In this document: piece by piece, positions 8,741 to 17,390 of the stretch
Layout of the letters: the number at the start of each line of letters is the position of its first letter
Position numbering within the stretch: position 1 is the stretch's first letter
Sequence record: MZ868638.1
Direction: 5' to 3' (one strand)
DNA length: 64,000 nt
Source of the DNA: Escherichia phage vB_EcoM-pEK20
Notes under the pieces: generated by a model
The model's input: the letters and a program-made list of their open reading frames with translations, nothing else
Database searches by the model: none
Told to the model about the DNA's origin: nothing
Translations under genes and position numbers: made by a program

Positions 8741-8774
8741 GTAATAAATACCTCCTATAAACGTGGGAGGTATT

Positions 8775-9263
8775 ATGAATATATTTGAAATGCTTCGTAA
8801 TGACGAAGGTCTTAGACTGACTTTATACAAAGACACTGAAGGCTTTTGGACGATTGGCATAGGCCATTTAGTAACAAAGAACCCGTCTTTAGCCGTAGCT
8901 AAAGCTGAACTTGACAGAATGATCGGACGTAAATGCAACGGTACAATTACCCTTGATGAGGCTGAAAAGTTATTTAATGAAGACGTTGATAAAGCTGTTC
9001 GCGGAATCTTGGGTAATGCTAAACTTAAACCGGTATATGATTCTTTAGATGCAGTTCGTCGATGTGCATTGGTCAATATGGTCTTCCAAATGGGTGTAGC
9101 AGGCGTCGCTGGTTTTACTAATTCTCTTCGTATGCTTCAACAGAAACGTTGGGACGAAGCGGCAGTAAATCTAGCCCAATCTAAATGGTATCGTCAGACA
9201 CCTAATCGCGCGAAACGCGTAATCTCAACATTTAAAACAGGAACTTGGAAAGCGTATATATGA
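8775..9263 (+). CDS. e: endolysin, T4 lysozyme
   Basis: MNIFEMLR...GHLLTK...[27 protein letters not shown] closely matches T4 gpe; SD gggagg. Confidence 0.95.
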   Translation: MNIFEMLRNDEGLRLTLYKDTEGFWTIGIGHLVTKNPSLAVAKAELDRMIGRKCNGTITLDEAEKLFNEDVDKAVRGILGNAKLKPVYDSLDAVRRCALVNMVFQMGVAGVAGFTNSLRMLQQKRWDEAAVNLAQSKWYRQTPNRAKRVISTFKTGTWKAYI

Positions 9264-9541
9264 AAACATATAGTGAATTTTTATCAGAATCTATTCTTAA
9301 CGAAGCTACTGACACATTTGCAACTAAGCTAGGTGCAGCTTTGGTTGAAGCTGAAAGTTTATTAGCACGTATTTCTGAACTTGCTAGTAAGATAGATACT
9401 CGCAAATTTGAGCGCACCAGTGATATCGTTAAGCTTGAAGCCTTGTTGCGTATGTGCGATAAACCGGAAGAAATCGCTAAGAACGGCTCGCTGATGAAAC
9501 AACGTCTTGAAAAATATATTTCAGGCGCTTCAGAAAAATAG
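9260..9541 (+). CDS. internal protein (capsid-targeting sequence [10 protein letters not shown]), IPII/IPIII-like
   Basis: T4 IP leader consensus at N-terminus; ATGA overlap with e stop; position between e and denV. Confidence 0.6.
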   Translation: MKTYSEFLSESILNEATDTFATKLGAALVEAESLLARISELASKIDTRKFERTSDIVKLEALLRMCDKPEEIAKNGSLMKQRLEKYISGASEK

Positions 9542-9542
9542 T

Positions 9543-9572
9543 GTTTACTTCCTCCAAGGGTTTTGATACTAT
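9543..9572 (+). promoter_or_regulatory. early promoter upstream of denV
   Basis: -35 gtttac 9543-9548, -10 tactat 9567-9572. Confidence 0.55.
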
Positions 9573-9599
9573 ACATTCATCAACTACTTGGAGGAAATT

Positions 9600-10013
9600 A
9601 TGACTCGTATCAATTTAACACTTGTTTCTGAACTGGCCGACCAACATCTTATGGCTGAGTATCGTGAATTACCACGCGTATTTGGTGCAGTCCGTAAACA
9701 TGTTCAAAACGGTAAACGTGTAAAGGATTTTAAAATCTCTCCAACATTTATCTTAGGCACAGGTCACGTAACATTCTTTTACGACAAACTCGAATTTTTA
9801 CGTTTACGCCAAATCGAGCTAATCGCTGAATGCTTGAAACGTGGTTTCAAAATCAAGGACACGACTGTCCAGGATATTTCCGACATCCCTGCCGAATTTC
9901 GTAATAATTATGTCCCGTCCGAAGCGTCCATTGCGATAAGTCAAGCACGCTTAGATGAAAAAATTGCTCAACGTCCGACTTGGTACAAATACTATGGTAA
10001 ATCAATTTACTAA
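9600..10013 (+). CDS. denV: endonuclease V, pyrimidine-dimer DNA glycosylase
   Basis: [28 protein letters not shown]... matches T4 DenV. Confidence 0.95.
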   Translation: MTRINLTLVSELADQHLMAEYRELPRVFGAVRKHVQNGKRVKDFKISPTFILGTGHVTFFYDKLEFLRLRQIELIAECLKRGFKIKDTTVQDISDIPAEFRNNYVPSEASIAISQARLDEKIAQRPTWYKYYGKSIY

Positions 10014-10019
10014 GGAAAA

Positions 10020-10136
10020 ATGAAAATGTATCAAGAATTTATCATTGAAGCAGAGGCCAAAGGTCCTAAAGTAGATGTTGACGATATTGGATATGATTTT
10101 AACAACTTCGGAATTATTTCTGGCGGTAAAGCTTAA
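10020..10136 (+). CDS. mini internal-protein-like ORF (38 aa) with capsid-targeting leader MKMYQEFIIE
   Basis: SD aagga then ATG 10020; not in ORF track because <60 aa. Confidence 0.35.
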   Translation: MKMYQEFIIEAEAKGPKVDVDDIGYDFNNFGIISGGKA

Positions 10137-10139
10137 ACG

Positions 10140-10169
10140 GTTTACGCTTAAGTATTAATATGGTATAAT
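10140..10169 (+). promoter_or_regulatory. early promoter
   Basis: -35 gtttac 10140-10145, extended -10 tggtataat, tataat 10164-10169. Confidence 0.65.
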
Positions 10170-10199
10170 TGCTCTATCAAAACAAACAAGGAAACAAAA

Positions 10200-10514
10200 A
10201 TGAAAACCTATAAAGAATTTATTGCAGAATCCGCCAACCAACGCGTTGAAGGTGGTTATATTTGGATTGAACAAGTTGAGCCACCGAGCCGCACTTCTAC
10301 AGGTAAATGGAAAATTACTGTTGATGGTCCTGGTGGTAAACGTAGGACTCTTAAAGAAATTAATGGGTACTATGAAGAAGCTCTTTCGGATGCAGGAACT
10401 TACATGATGCAAATCATGATTAAAAACCCTGAAAACCGTTTTGCAGCTAAAGTCTTCCGCCGTATTGGTAATAAACTTTATGATGCATATTCTAAAAACT
10501 TCCCTAAAGAATAA
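10200..10514 (+). CDS. internal protein (leader MKTYKEFIAE)
   Basis: T4 IP leader consensus; ~100 aa basic protein. Confidence 0.6.
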   Translation: MKTYKEFIAESANQRVEGGYIWIEQVEPPSRTSTGKWKITVDGPGGKRRTLKEINGYYEEALSDAGTYMMQIMIKNPENRFAAKVFRRIGNKLYDAYSKNFPKE

Positions 10515-10540
10515 CATAAATTAAAACAATAGGAAAAAAA

Positions 10541-10843
10541 ATGAAAACATATCAAGAATTTATTACTGAAGCGCGAGTGAGTGCAGGTAAATTAGAAGCC
10601 GCTATAAATAAAAAGGCCCATTCATTTCATGATTTGTCCGATAAAGACCGTAAGAAACTTGTAAGCCTTTATATTGACAAAGAGCGTATTCTCGCTCTTC
10701 CTGGCGCTAATGAAGGTAAACAGGCCAAGCCTTTGAATGCCGTCGAAAAGAAAATTGATAACTTTGCTTCTAAATTCGGTATGTCTATGGATGACCTTCA
10801 GCAAGCGGCTATCGAAGCAGCTAAAGTAATTAAAGGTAAATAA
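10541..10843 (+). CDS. internal protein (leader MKTYQEFITE)
   Basis: T4 IP leader consensus; SD aggaaa. Confidence 0.6.
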   Translation: MKTYQEFITEARVSAGKLEAAINKKAHSFHDLSDKDRKKLVSLYIDKERILALPGANEGKQAKPLNAVEKKIDNFASKFGMSMDDLQQAAIEAAKVIKGK

Positions 10844-10845
10844 CA

Positions 10846-10874
10846 GTTTACTTTCTCCTAGAATTGTGATAGTA
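10846..10874 (+). promoter_or_regulatory. early promoter (diverged copy of the denV promoter)
   Basis: -35 gtttac 10846-10851, -10 tagtat 10869-10874. Confidence 0.5.
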
Positions 10875-10900
10875 TATTCATAATTACTTGGATGGGTAAA

Positions 10901-10999
10901 ATGACTTATATTAATTTGACTTTAGTATCTAAATTTGCTGATCAACATTTAATCGCCGAATACTGTGAATTGCCACGTGTTTTTTGGTATAATTCGTAA
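10901..10999 (+). pseudogene. denV 5' fragment (frameshifted, truncated second copy)
   Basis: [28 protein letters not shown] then stop; deleting one T restores GIIRKHV matching DenV GAVRKHV. Confidence 0.6.
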
Positions 11000-11172
11000 A
11001 CACGTGGCAAAAATATTTACATTCAAATAAAATGGGAACAACCTGGACCTCATGATTCTATGAGGGATTCCCGCCAACCTGTAATAAGGTCGAGCCCAAG
11101 TGCGGTAATGGGTAAATACAGAAATGGACAATTCATGCGCCACGGAACGGCCCCAACCTTAAGAGAAACTAA

Positions 11173-11712
11173 ATGAGAACATTTTTAACCGGACCTTATC
11201 TATCCCTGATGAATGCTTTTACACACCATTCTGATGCTAGAGTAGAAGAAATTTGTAAGAACGGTTATGCCCCACCATTTGAAGACGTACTCAAGCAGTA
11301 CTGTACACTTCGTTTAGACGGTGGCAGACAATCCGGTAAATCAATTGCTGTGACTAATTTTGCTGCTAATTGGTTGTATGATGGCGGAACGGTTATTGTT
11401 CTTTCTAATACTTCAGCTTATGCTAAAATTTCTGCTGGCAACATTGAAAAAGAATTTTCTCGTTATTCTAGCGACGATATTCGATTCCGTTTATTTACTG
11501 ATTCTGTTCGTAGTTTTATTGGTAATGAAGGACATAAATTCCGTGGATTAACACTTTCTCGTATTCTGTACATAATTGACGAGCCTATTAAAGCTCCTGA
11601 TATGGATAAGATTTACGACATCCATATTAAAACAGTCCAACACTGTTGCAAAAGCAAATATTGCATCGGCGGTAATGCTCGTCCTCAATTTTTTGTGATT
11701 GGAATGCAATGA
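11173..11712 (+). CDS. P-loop NTPase, function unknown
   Basis: Walker A DGGRQSGKS and Walker B-like LYIIDEP. Confidence 0.5.
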   Translation: MRTFLTGPYLSLMNAFTHHSDARVEEICKNGYAPPFEDVLKQYCTLRLDGGRQSGKSIAVTNFAANWLYDGGTVIVLSNTSAYAKISAGNIEKEFSRYSSDDIRFRLFTDSVRSFIGNEGHKFRGLTLSRILYIIDEPIKAPDMDKIYDIHIKTVQHCCKSKYCIGGNARPQFFVIGMQ

Positions 11713-12017
11713 TGACCGCTATTGAAGTTTTTGAGTACTGTTATAACAGCCCAGTATGCAATAAAAGGGCCCTTGTAGAAAATTATGAGATTTACCATTT
11801 TAAACCTAAACGATACCGTTTGACTAAAGGTCCGTTCGCAGGGCAGCAGGTTCTTTGTACTGCTCCTAATGCACGGTTGATGACTAGTATTCCACATTTC
11901 AAAATGGAATTTATTGATGGGCCATTTAAAGGATTAATCACTCAAAGTTTAATGGCGTTTAATTCCGACCCATTTTTGATTAAAGAAAAAACTTGGATAA
12001 ATTTATTTTCTAATTGA
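11709..12017 (+). CDS. hypothetical protein
   Basis: ATG overlapping upstream stop (ATGATGA). Confidence 0.45.
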   Translation: MMTAIEVFEYCYNSPVCNKRALVENYEIYHFKPKRYRLTKGPFAGQQVLCTAPNARLMTSIPHFKMEFIDGPFKGLITQSLMAFNSDPFLIKEKTWINLFSN

Positions 12018-12023
12018 GGTTAT

Positions 12024-12386
12024 ATGAAAGCATATCAAATTCTTGAAGGTGAACATAAAGGCACTATTTATTTTGAAGACGGTACTCAAGCCCGGATTAT
12101 TGTCTCTAAGACTTTTAAAGAAGACACTATTGTAGACCCGGAAATTTTCTACGGTTTGAATGCTCGTGAAATTGAAATTGAACATCAACCTAAAGTTAAA
12201 ATTGAAGGTGGTCAACACCTGAACGTTAACGTTCTGCGTCGCGAAACTCTGGAAGATGCAGTTAAGCATCCAGAAAAATATCCGCAGCTGACCATCCGTG
12301 TATCCGGTTATGCAGTTCGCTTTAACTCTCTGACTCCGGAACAGCAGCGCGACGTTATCGCTCGTACCTTTACCGAGAGTCTATAA
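12024..12386 (+). CDS. grcA: autonomous glycyl-radical cofactor GrcA/YfiD-like protein
   Basis: C-terminal ~60 aa ...[59 protein letters not shown] matches E. coli GrcA as I recall it; 3' half GC-rich. Confidence 0.8.
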   Translation: MKAYQILEGEHKGTIYFEDGTQARIIVSKTFKEDTIVDPEIFYGLNAREIEIEHQPKVKIEGGQHLNVNVLRRETLEDAVKHPEKYPQLTIRVSGYAVRFNSLTPEQQRDVIARTFTESL

Positions 12387-12610
12387 TGGCTAAATTGATT
12401 ATAGAAGGGTCTGAAGATGTTTTAAAATGTTTTGCCGCCTGGTTTAGTTGCCCAGGCGAGCAATCATTCATTGAAGCATTTAGAACGGGTGATATTACTG
12501 GAAACTATCCGACAACTGATATCACTGTACGTGGATATGGTATTAATGAGCCTATCCAATTGGTCGAATATGACCTTGCCACCGATGAGGAAATTCCTTA
12601 TGTCGATTGA
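12386..12610 (+). CDS. hypothetical protein
   Basis: ATG overlapping grcA stop (TAATG). Confidence 0.4.
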   Translation: MAKLIIEGSEDVLKCFAAWFSCPGEQSFIEAFRTGDITGNYPTTDITVRGYGINEPIQLVEYDLATDEEIPYVD

Positions 12611-12845
12611 AGACATCAAAGGCTACAAGCCGCATACCGATGATAAAATCGGTAAAGTGAACGCTATTAAAGATGCCGAAGTTCGTTTAGGACTTATTCT
12701 AGACGCCCTGGCAGAAGAAGCATTATCAGCAAATACTCCTGAAGCTCTGACGGCTTTGTCCCAATTGAACTGTGCTAAAGAACGCCTAAAGGAAGCTAGT
12801 ATGTGGGCTTGTCGTGCGGTATTTCAACCAGAGGAAAAATACTAA
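12600..12845 (+). CDS. hypothetical protein
   Basis: ATG at M57 of listed ORF 12432; SD gagg; upstream part overlaps the previous gene in another frame. Confidence 0.4.
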   Translation: MSIEDIKGYKPHTDDKIGKVNAIKDAEVRLGLILDALAEEALSANTPEALTALSQLNCAKERLKEASMWACRAVFQPEEKY

Positions 12846-13144
12846 TGGCTCAAATCCTATCAGGCTTTGGAACTCATTATGAAGCATCTCGACGCATAAC
12901 TGAAAGCAATCCTTTTGGCCTTGTTCCGAAGCACAAGAAAATTCAAAGCCTTGATGACTTTGAGAATCGCCTATGGGCCCTCTTTAATGAGTACAAGGCA
13001 TATCTGAAAGAAGACGCTGACGATTGTCTTGAAGAAGATGAGATTGCGTATTACGAACAACGCCTTGAACAGCTCAAGAACTTCCACCAGGTTCGTGACG
13101 AAGTATCTAAAGCAGTTAAAAAGTTAATTCCTTTCAAAGAGTAG
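12845..13144 (+). CDS. hypothetical protein
   Basis: ATG overlapping upstream stop (TAATGG). Confidence 0.45.
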   Translation: MAQILSGFGTHYEASRRITESNPFGLVPKHKKIQSLDDFENRLWALFNEYKAYLKEDADDCLEEDEIAYYEQRLEQLKNFHQVRDEVSKAVKKLIPFKE

Positions 13145-13172
13145 TTTACTTCTCCTCTAGTTGTGTTACTAT
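13144..13172 (+). promoter_or_regulatory. early promoter in stem-loop, upstream of regB
   Basis: -35 gtttac 13144-13149, -10 tactat 13167-13172; inverted repeat tctcctctagttg / caactagaggaga. Confidence 0.65.
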
Positions 13173-13200
13173 AGACCTGTCAACTAGAGGAGAAATCAAA

Positions 13201-13659
13201 ATGACTATCAATTCAGACGTTTTTATCCGCCGCAATAAACTCCGTCGAATCTTTGAAACGGAGTTCCGCAAAATAAATGCCAGTATAAAAGATGCTGCAA
13301 AGTCTCTTGGACTACCGGGCTTTCATATCAAGTATTCTCAACATCTCTTAGATCGTGCCATCCAGAGAGAAATAGATGAGAATTACGTTTTTGAATTATT
13401 TCATAAAGTAAAAAATCATGTTAAAGAAGTTGCAGAATTTTTATCAATGCCGGCACGTCCAGATGTTGATGAAGATTTTGTCGAAGGTGTCGAATATCGC
13501 CCAGGCCGTTTAGAAATAACTGATGGAAATCTTTGGTTAGGACTTACAGTTTGTCGCGAAAATCCAGCATTCAAAATGAAGACTCTTCAATGCAGAATGG
13601 CTATTATTAACAATAAACGACTACCAGGAAAAGCTTCTAAAGCAGTGATTAAAATCTAG
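13201..13659 (+). CDS. regB: RegB site-specific endoribonuclease
   Basis: MTINSDVFIRRNKLRR...YSQHLLDRAIQREIDE...LQCRMAIINNKRLPGKASKAVIK matches T4 RegB. Confidence 0.9.
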   Translation: MTINSDVFIRRNKLRRIFETEFRKINASIKDAAKSLGLPGFHIKYSQHLLDRAIQREIDENYVFELFHKVKNHVKEVAEFLSMPARPDVDEDFVEGVEYRPGRLEITDGNLWLGLTVCRENPAFKMKTLQCRMAIINNKRLPGKASKAVIKI

Positions 13660-13667
13660 AGGTAAAC

Positions 13668-14210
13668 ATGAGAAAAGCACTACTCGCTGGTCTATTTGCT
13701 CTTTCATTATCAGCACATAGCTCCGAGCATACTTTTAGTAATGTCCAACTCGATAACTTGAATTATGCTTATCAGTTTGGGGAACAGTTTTCTAAGGATG
13801 GAAAATTTAAAACGCATGAAAATATGCATAAGAAAGGACTTGGATACATAATGGCCGCAATACTATGGCAGGAATCATCTGCCGGTATTAATCTTAAAGA
13901 TAAGAAAGGTCACCATGCGTATGGAATGTTCCAAAATTATCTACCAACAATGAGGGCAAGAATTAACCAACTTGGTTATAATATGACTGATGCCCAAATT
14001 AAGAAAATGCTATCTAAGCGGTCTAATTCAGCCAGATGGGCTTATATAGAATTTTCTTATTGGTTAAATATACATAACGGGGATATAAGGAAAGCCTTAT
14101 CCTCATATAATGCGGGATGGAAGACAAGTGCTGGAAGTAAATATGCTTCTGAAGTCCTAGAAAAGGCTAATTACCTTAAATCAAATAAACTACTGGAAAT
14201 AAAAGAATGA
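13668..14210 (+). CDS. secreted lytic-transglycosylase-like protein (signal peptide)
   Basis: N-terminal signal peptide; WQESSAG...GMFQ resembles Slt-domain catalytic motif. Confidence 0.45.
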   Translation: MRKALLAGLFALSLSAHSSEHTFSNVQLDNLNYAYQFGEQFSKDGKFKTHENMHKKGLGYIMAAILWQESSAGINLKDKKGHHAYGMFQNYLPTMRARINQLGYNMTDAQIKKMLSKRSNSARWAYIEFSYWLNIHNGDIRKALSSYNAGWKTSAGSKYASEVLEKANYLKSNKLLEIKE

Positions 14211-14554
14211 CCAAAATGTTGGCTTTAATAGTTGGCTTGGTTTCATTTAACGCTCTTGCTAATACTACATATACTGATGTAACGGAGTATACAAACAGAA
14301 CGGCGTCTGATTATTGTGGTAAAAGTCAAGAGTGTAAAGTAGATTTTTCACAAAAATTGTTATATGCGTATAAAGACGGAGAAAAAGACGGGGCGTCTAG
14401 TAGGTTCAAGGCGTCTACTTTAATTAAAAGATACTATAAAAAATGGCAAATATTAGAATGCTCGGTGGCGGAACCTAAAGATAAGGCGGCATGCAATTCT
14501 ATGGTGGACCGTCTAGTTGACTCTTATACTAGAGGACTTGTAGCAAGTGATTAA
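14207..14554 (+). CDS. small secreted/periplasmic protein
   Basis: signal-peptide-like N-terminus MTKMLALIVGLVSFNALA. Confidence 0.45.
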   Translation: MTKMLALIVGLVSFNALANTTYTDVTEYTNRTASDYCGKSQECKVDFSQKLLYAYKDGEKDGASSRFKASTLIKRYYKKWQILECSVAEPKDKAACNSMVDRLVDSYTRGLVASD

Positions 14555-15014
14555 AAACTATATCAAGGGCGATATTGTCGCCCTGTTTTCTAAAGGTAAT
14601 AATATTGCTCATGGGTGCAATTGTTTTCATACAATGGGCGCCGGTGTAGCAGGTCAATTGGCAAAGGCTTATCCAAAAATTTTAGAAGCCGATAAACTTC
14701 AAACCGAATTCGGAGATGAGTCTAAACTCGGGACTTATTCGGTTTATGAAAAATATTTTAAGACCCATAAAGCTTATTGCTTTAATCTTTATACACAGTT
14801 TGAGCCGGGACCTAATTTTGAGTACTATGCTTTAATGAATTGTATAATAGAATTAAATGAATTCGGAAAAAATAAGATAACAAAGCCTGTAATTTATATG
14901 CCAAGAATTGGTGCAGGTATAGGTGGTGGAAACTGGGATATCATTGAAGAAATTCTTGATACATATTCCACTAAACTAGAAATTGTGATTGTTGATTGGG
15001 AACCATTATTATGA
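14547..15014 (+). CDS. macro-domain protein (ADP-ribose binding/hydrolase family)
   Basis: HGCNCFHTMGAGVAGQL and PRIGAGIGGGNW resemble macro-domain glycine-rich motifs; GTG start, no in-frame ATG near N-terminus. Confidence 0.55.
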   Translation: MIKNYIKGDIVALFSKGNNIAHGCNCFHTMGAGVAGQLAKAYPKILEADKLQTEFGDESKLGTYSVYEKYFKTHKAYCFNLYTQFEPGPNFEYYALMNCIIELNEFGKNKITKPVIYMPRIGAGIGGGNWDIIEEILDTYSTKLEIVIVDWEPLL

Positions 15015-15223
15015 ATGTGCATTACCCACATCCGTTTGATCCTAAAAATAAAGCAGTAATTATTCGTCAATGGGAACGCATTTGTCGTACTAAATGTCCA
15101 ATTAATAGTCCACATGATGTAGATAAAGACTACATCGGAACATTCGTTGAATATACCTTTATTGATAAGAAAGGTCGTAAACAACATGTAGAAGAATATT
15201 GCTTAAAGGTTACATGGTTATGA
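15011..15223 (+). CDS. hypothetical small protein
   Basis: ATG at M6 of listed ORF. Confidence 0.4.
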   Translation: MNVHYPHPFDPKNKAVIIRQWERICRTKCPINSPHDVDKDYIGTFVEYTFIDKKGRKQHVEEYCLKVTWL

Positions 15224-15405
15224 GTTTAAGTAAAGAACAAAAAGACATACTATTTTCTCTTATTCACGAAGTTATGGATAAAAATAGTGAATTGGAAAAA
15301 GTTTGCGATGAATGCGGTCCTTTTAATACCGACGAATACGAAGAACTGTGTAAAGATTTCGACGATAAAGAACAAGAACTTATTGATTATATAAATTCCT
15401 TATGA
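15214..15405 (+). CDS. hypothetical small protein
   Basis: ATG with aaagg 6 nt upstream. Confidence 0.4.
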   Translation: MVMSLSKEQKDILFSLIHEVMDKNSELEKVCDECGPFNTDEYEELCKDFDDKEQELIDYINSL

Positions 15406-15599
15406 TTACTCGCGAACAAAAGAATGAAATACGATTTTTAATCAGCGAAATTATTAGTTTAGAACGAGATTTATCTTTTGAATTGGCTTCGGATTATGGA
15501 GATGCTGAAACATACTACGAATTAGTAAAATCTATCGATAAAGCTGAAAATGATTTAGAAACATATTTAGAAAATTTAACTAAGGACTCTTATGGCTAG
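15402..15599 (+). CDS. hypothetical small acidic protein
   Basis: ATG overlapping upstream stop. Confidence 0.4.
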   Translation: MITREQKNEIRFLISEIISLERDLSFELASDYGDAETYYELVKSIDKAENDLETYLENLTKDSYG

Positions 15600-16173
15600 T
15601 TTAATTTTTACATATGCCGCTATGAACGCTGGTAAGTCTGCTTCATTACTTACTGCCGCTCATAACTATAAAGAACGTGGCATGGGTGTATTAGTTCTTA
15701 AACCGGCTATTGATACTCGCGATTCAAAAGGTGAAATAGTCTCTCGTATTGGTATTCGTCAGGACGCCAATATAATTACAAAAGACATGGATATCTTTGA
15801 ATTCTATAAATGGGCTGCAGCACAAAAGGATATTCATTGTGTATTTGTTGACGAAGCTCAATTCTTAACTACTGAAAAGGTGTATCAACTTAGTCGTATT
15901 GTTGACGTATACAATGTGCCGGTAATGGCATATGGACTACGAACAGATTTTAAAGGTAATCTATTTGAAGGTTCTCAAGCATTAATGGCTATTGCCGATA
16001 AGCTTGTTGAACTTAAAGGTGTCTGTCATTGTGGTAAAAAGACCACAATGGTAGCTAGAGTCACGGAAGACGGACTTCCAATTATAGATGGCAGTCAAAT
16101 TGAAATTGGTGATACTGATAGATATGTGTCATTATGCCGGAAGCATTGGAATGATTTGACAGGGTTGTTATAA
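15592..16173 (+). CDS. tk: thymidine kinase
   Basis: P-loop AAMNAGKS, FVDEAQF, C-terminal CxCG zinc ribbon; matches T4 Tk. Confidence 0.95.
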   Translation: MASLIFTYAAMNAGKSASLLTAAHNYKERGMGVLVLKPAIDTRDSKGEIVSRIGIRQDANIITKDMDIFEFYKWAAAQKDIHCVFVDEAQFLTTEKVYQLSRIVDVYNVPVMAYGLRTDFKGNLFEGSQALMAIADKLVELKGVCHCGKKTTMVARVTEDGLPIIDGSQIEIGDTDRYVSLCRKHWNDLTGLL

Positions 16174-16176
16174 ATA
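16169..16176 (+). promoter_or_regulatory. late promoter core TATAAATA
   Basis: exact TATAAATA upstream of 16201 and rI. Confidence 0.45.
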
Positions 16177-16200
16177 CTAATATCTAACCAAGAGGTATAT

Positions 16201-16413
16201 ATGCAGCAATTAAACGAAAGACAACTTCGTAATCTTACTGTAACCCAATTGGATGAAATCCGAAGAGAATTAGGACATTCTATTTCTCATTTAAACGAGG
16301 ATATCCGTCAAACTGGTTCTAAAGCTGATTATACACGCAAGCGCAAGCTGGAAAAATACCTCACAGATGTTAAGGCCGTCCAAAGGCGAAAAATAAATAC
16401 TGGCCAAAATTAA
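16201..16413 (+). CDS. hypothetical protein
   Basis: ATG ORF, SD agagg. Confidence 0.45.
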   Translation: MQQLNERQLRNLTVTQLDEIRRELGHSISHLNEDIRQTGSKADYTRKRKLEKYLTDVKAVQRRKINTGQN

Positions 16414-16425
16414 CAGGAGGCCTAT

Positions 16426-16728
16426 ATGGCCTTAAGAGCGATAGCTGTCATAGCGATGCTGGGGTTTTTTGCAGCAACAACTCCTATCGTTGGTACTGCA
16501 CATATCGACCCATATTTTGATAACTTTATGGAATCAGGGATTAAAAACGTATATACTTTGTTTGAAATTCAAAATGTCGAGAATTCTGAAAAATTCTATA
16601 AGTATATGGCAAAGCATTACAAAAATAGCCCCTGTGATGATGCATTTGAATGTCATGAACAAGGCATAAAAACCGCCAGACAATTTGCCGAGTTCATGAA
16701 AATAAAATTAGAGCCTACATCTATCTAA
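16426..16728 (+). CDS. rI: lysis-inhibition regulator RI (antiholin)
   Basis: signal-anchor N-terminus and DPYFDNFMESGI...FECHEQG resemble T4 RI; adjacent to tk. Confidence 0.75.
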   Translation: MALRAIAVIAMLGFFAATTPIVGTAHIDPYFDNFMESGIKNVYTLFEIQNVENSEKFYKYMAKHYKNSPCDDAFECHEQGIKTARQFAEFMKIKLEPTSI

Positions 16729-16734
16729 TTTACT

Positions 16735-16762
16735 AGCCCCTTCCTTATGGTTGGGGCTTTTT
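16735..16762 (+). terminator. rho-independent terminator
   Basis: agcccc 16735-16740 / ggggct 16753-16758 then T-run. Confidence 0.7.
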
Positions 16763-16773
16763 GGCATTTAGCA

Positions 16774-16802
16774 GTTTACTTCTCCTCAGGTTGTGTTATA
16801 GT
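16774..16802 (+). promoter_or_regulatory. early promoter
   Basis: -35 gtttac 16774-16779, -10 tatagt 16797-16802. Confidence 0.6.
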
Positions 16803-16829
16803 AGTCCTTACTTACTAGAGGAGAACGTT

Positions 16830-17009
16830 ATGACACGTAAAGAAAAAATTTCTAAGTTAATGTTTTTGATTGAAGAGTACGCTAATGCGGTATCTGATTG
16901 GGAAAATGCTCATGGTTGCGAAGATGGAGACATCGACATTAACAGAGCTATGAAAAAGATGGCTGAAGCCCACACCGAATTGCAAATGTATGTTAACGAG
17001 ATTATGTGA
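16830..17009 (+). CDS. hypothetical small protein
   Basis: ATG after SD agaggag; upstream part of listed ORF 16761 is promoter. Confidence 0.35.
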   Translation: MTRKEKISKLMFLIEEYANAVSDWENAHGCEDGDIDINRAMKKMAEAHTELQMYVNEIM

Positions 17010-17016
17010 GGATATT

Positions 17017-17226
17017 ATGCTTTACGATTATACTGGAAAATCTGAAGACGGTGTACTTGAACTTTTACCTGAAAGCGCTGAAGATGACGATATGACGACG
17101 GTGATGTTTTGTAAAAATGGCCCTGGGGATAAGGGATGGATTTATCTTCGTCAAGAAAATGACTTAATTGTTTTGGACCCTAAACAAGTTGAAGAACTTT
17201 ATCAACATTTAAAACACAATCGGTAG
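17017..17226 (+). CDS. hypothetical small acidic protein
   Basis: ATG at M10 of listed ORF, SD gagga. Confidence 0.4.
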   Translation: MLYDYTGKSEDGVLELLPESAEDDDMTTVMFCKNGPGDKGWIYLRQENDLIVLDPKQVEELYQHLKHNR

Positions 17227-17255
17227 TTTACGTCTTGGTAGGACTATGATATAGT
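17226..17255 (+). promoter_or_regulatory. early promoter in stem-loop
   Basis: -35 gtttac 17226-17231, -10 tatagt 17250-17255; inverted repeat ttggtaggact / taatcctaccaa. Confidence 0.6.
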
Positions 17256-17390
17256 AATCCTACCAAAACAAATGGAGAACAAAATGAAACTTTTGCTTAT
17301 CGCTTATGTTGTAGTACAATACAATTATCCGATGTTTACTTATAACATGGTAAACGGCATAGTGAATCTTATTGAAACGAGTATGGTAAA

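Noticed and set aside
8741-8774. Late promoter upstream of lysozyme
   Set aside because: The sequence is TAATAAATA, one mismatch from TATAAATA; the direct repeat cctcctataa occurs twice here but the evidence is too weak to call
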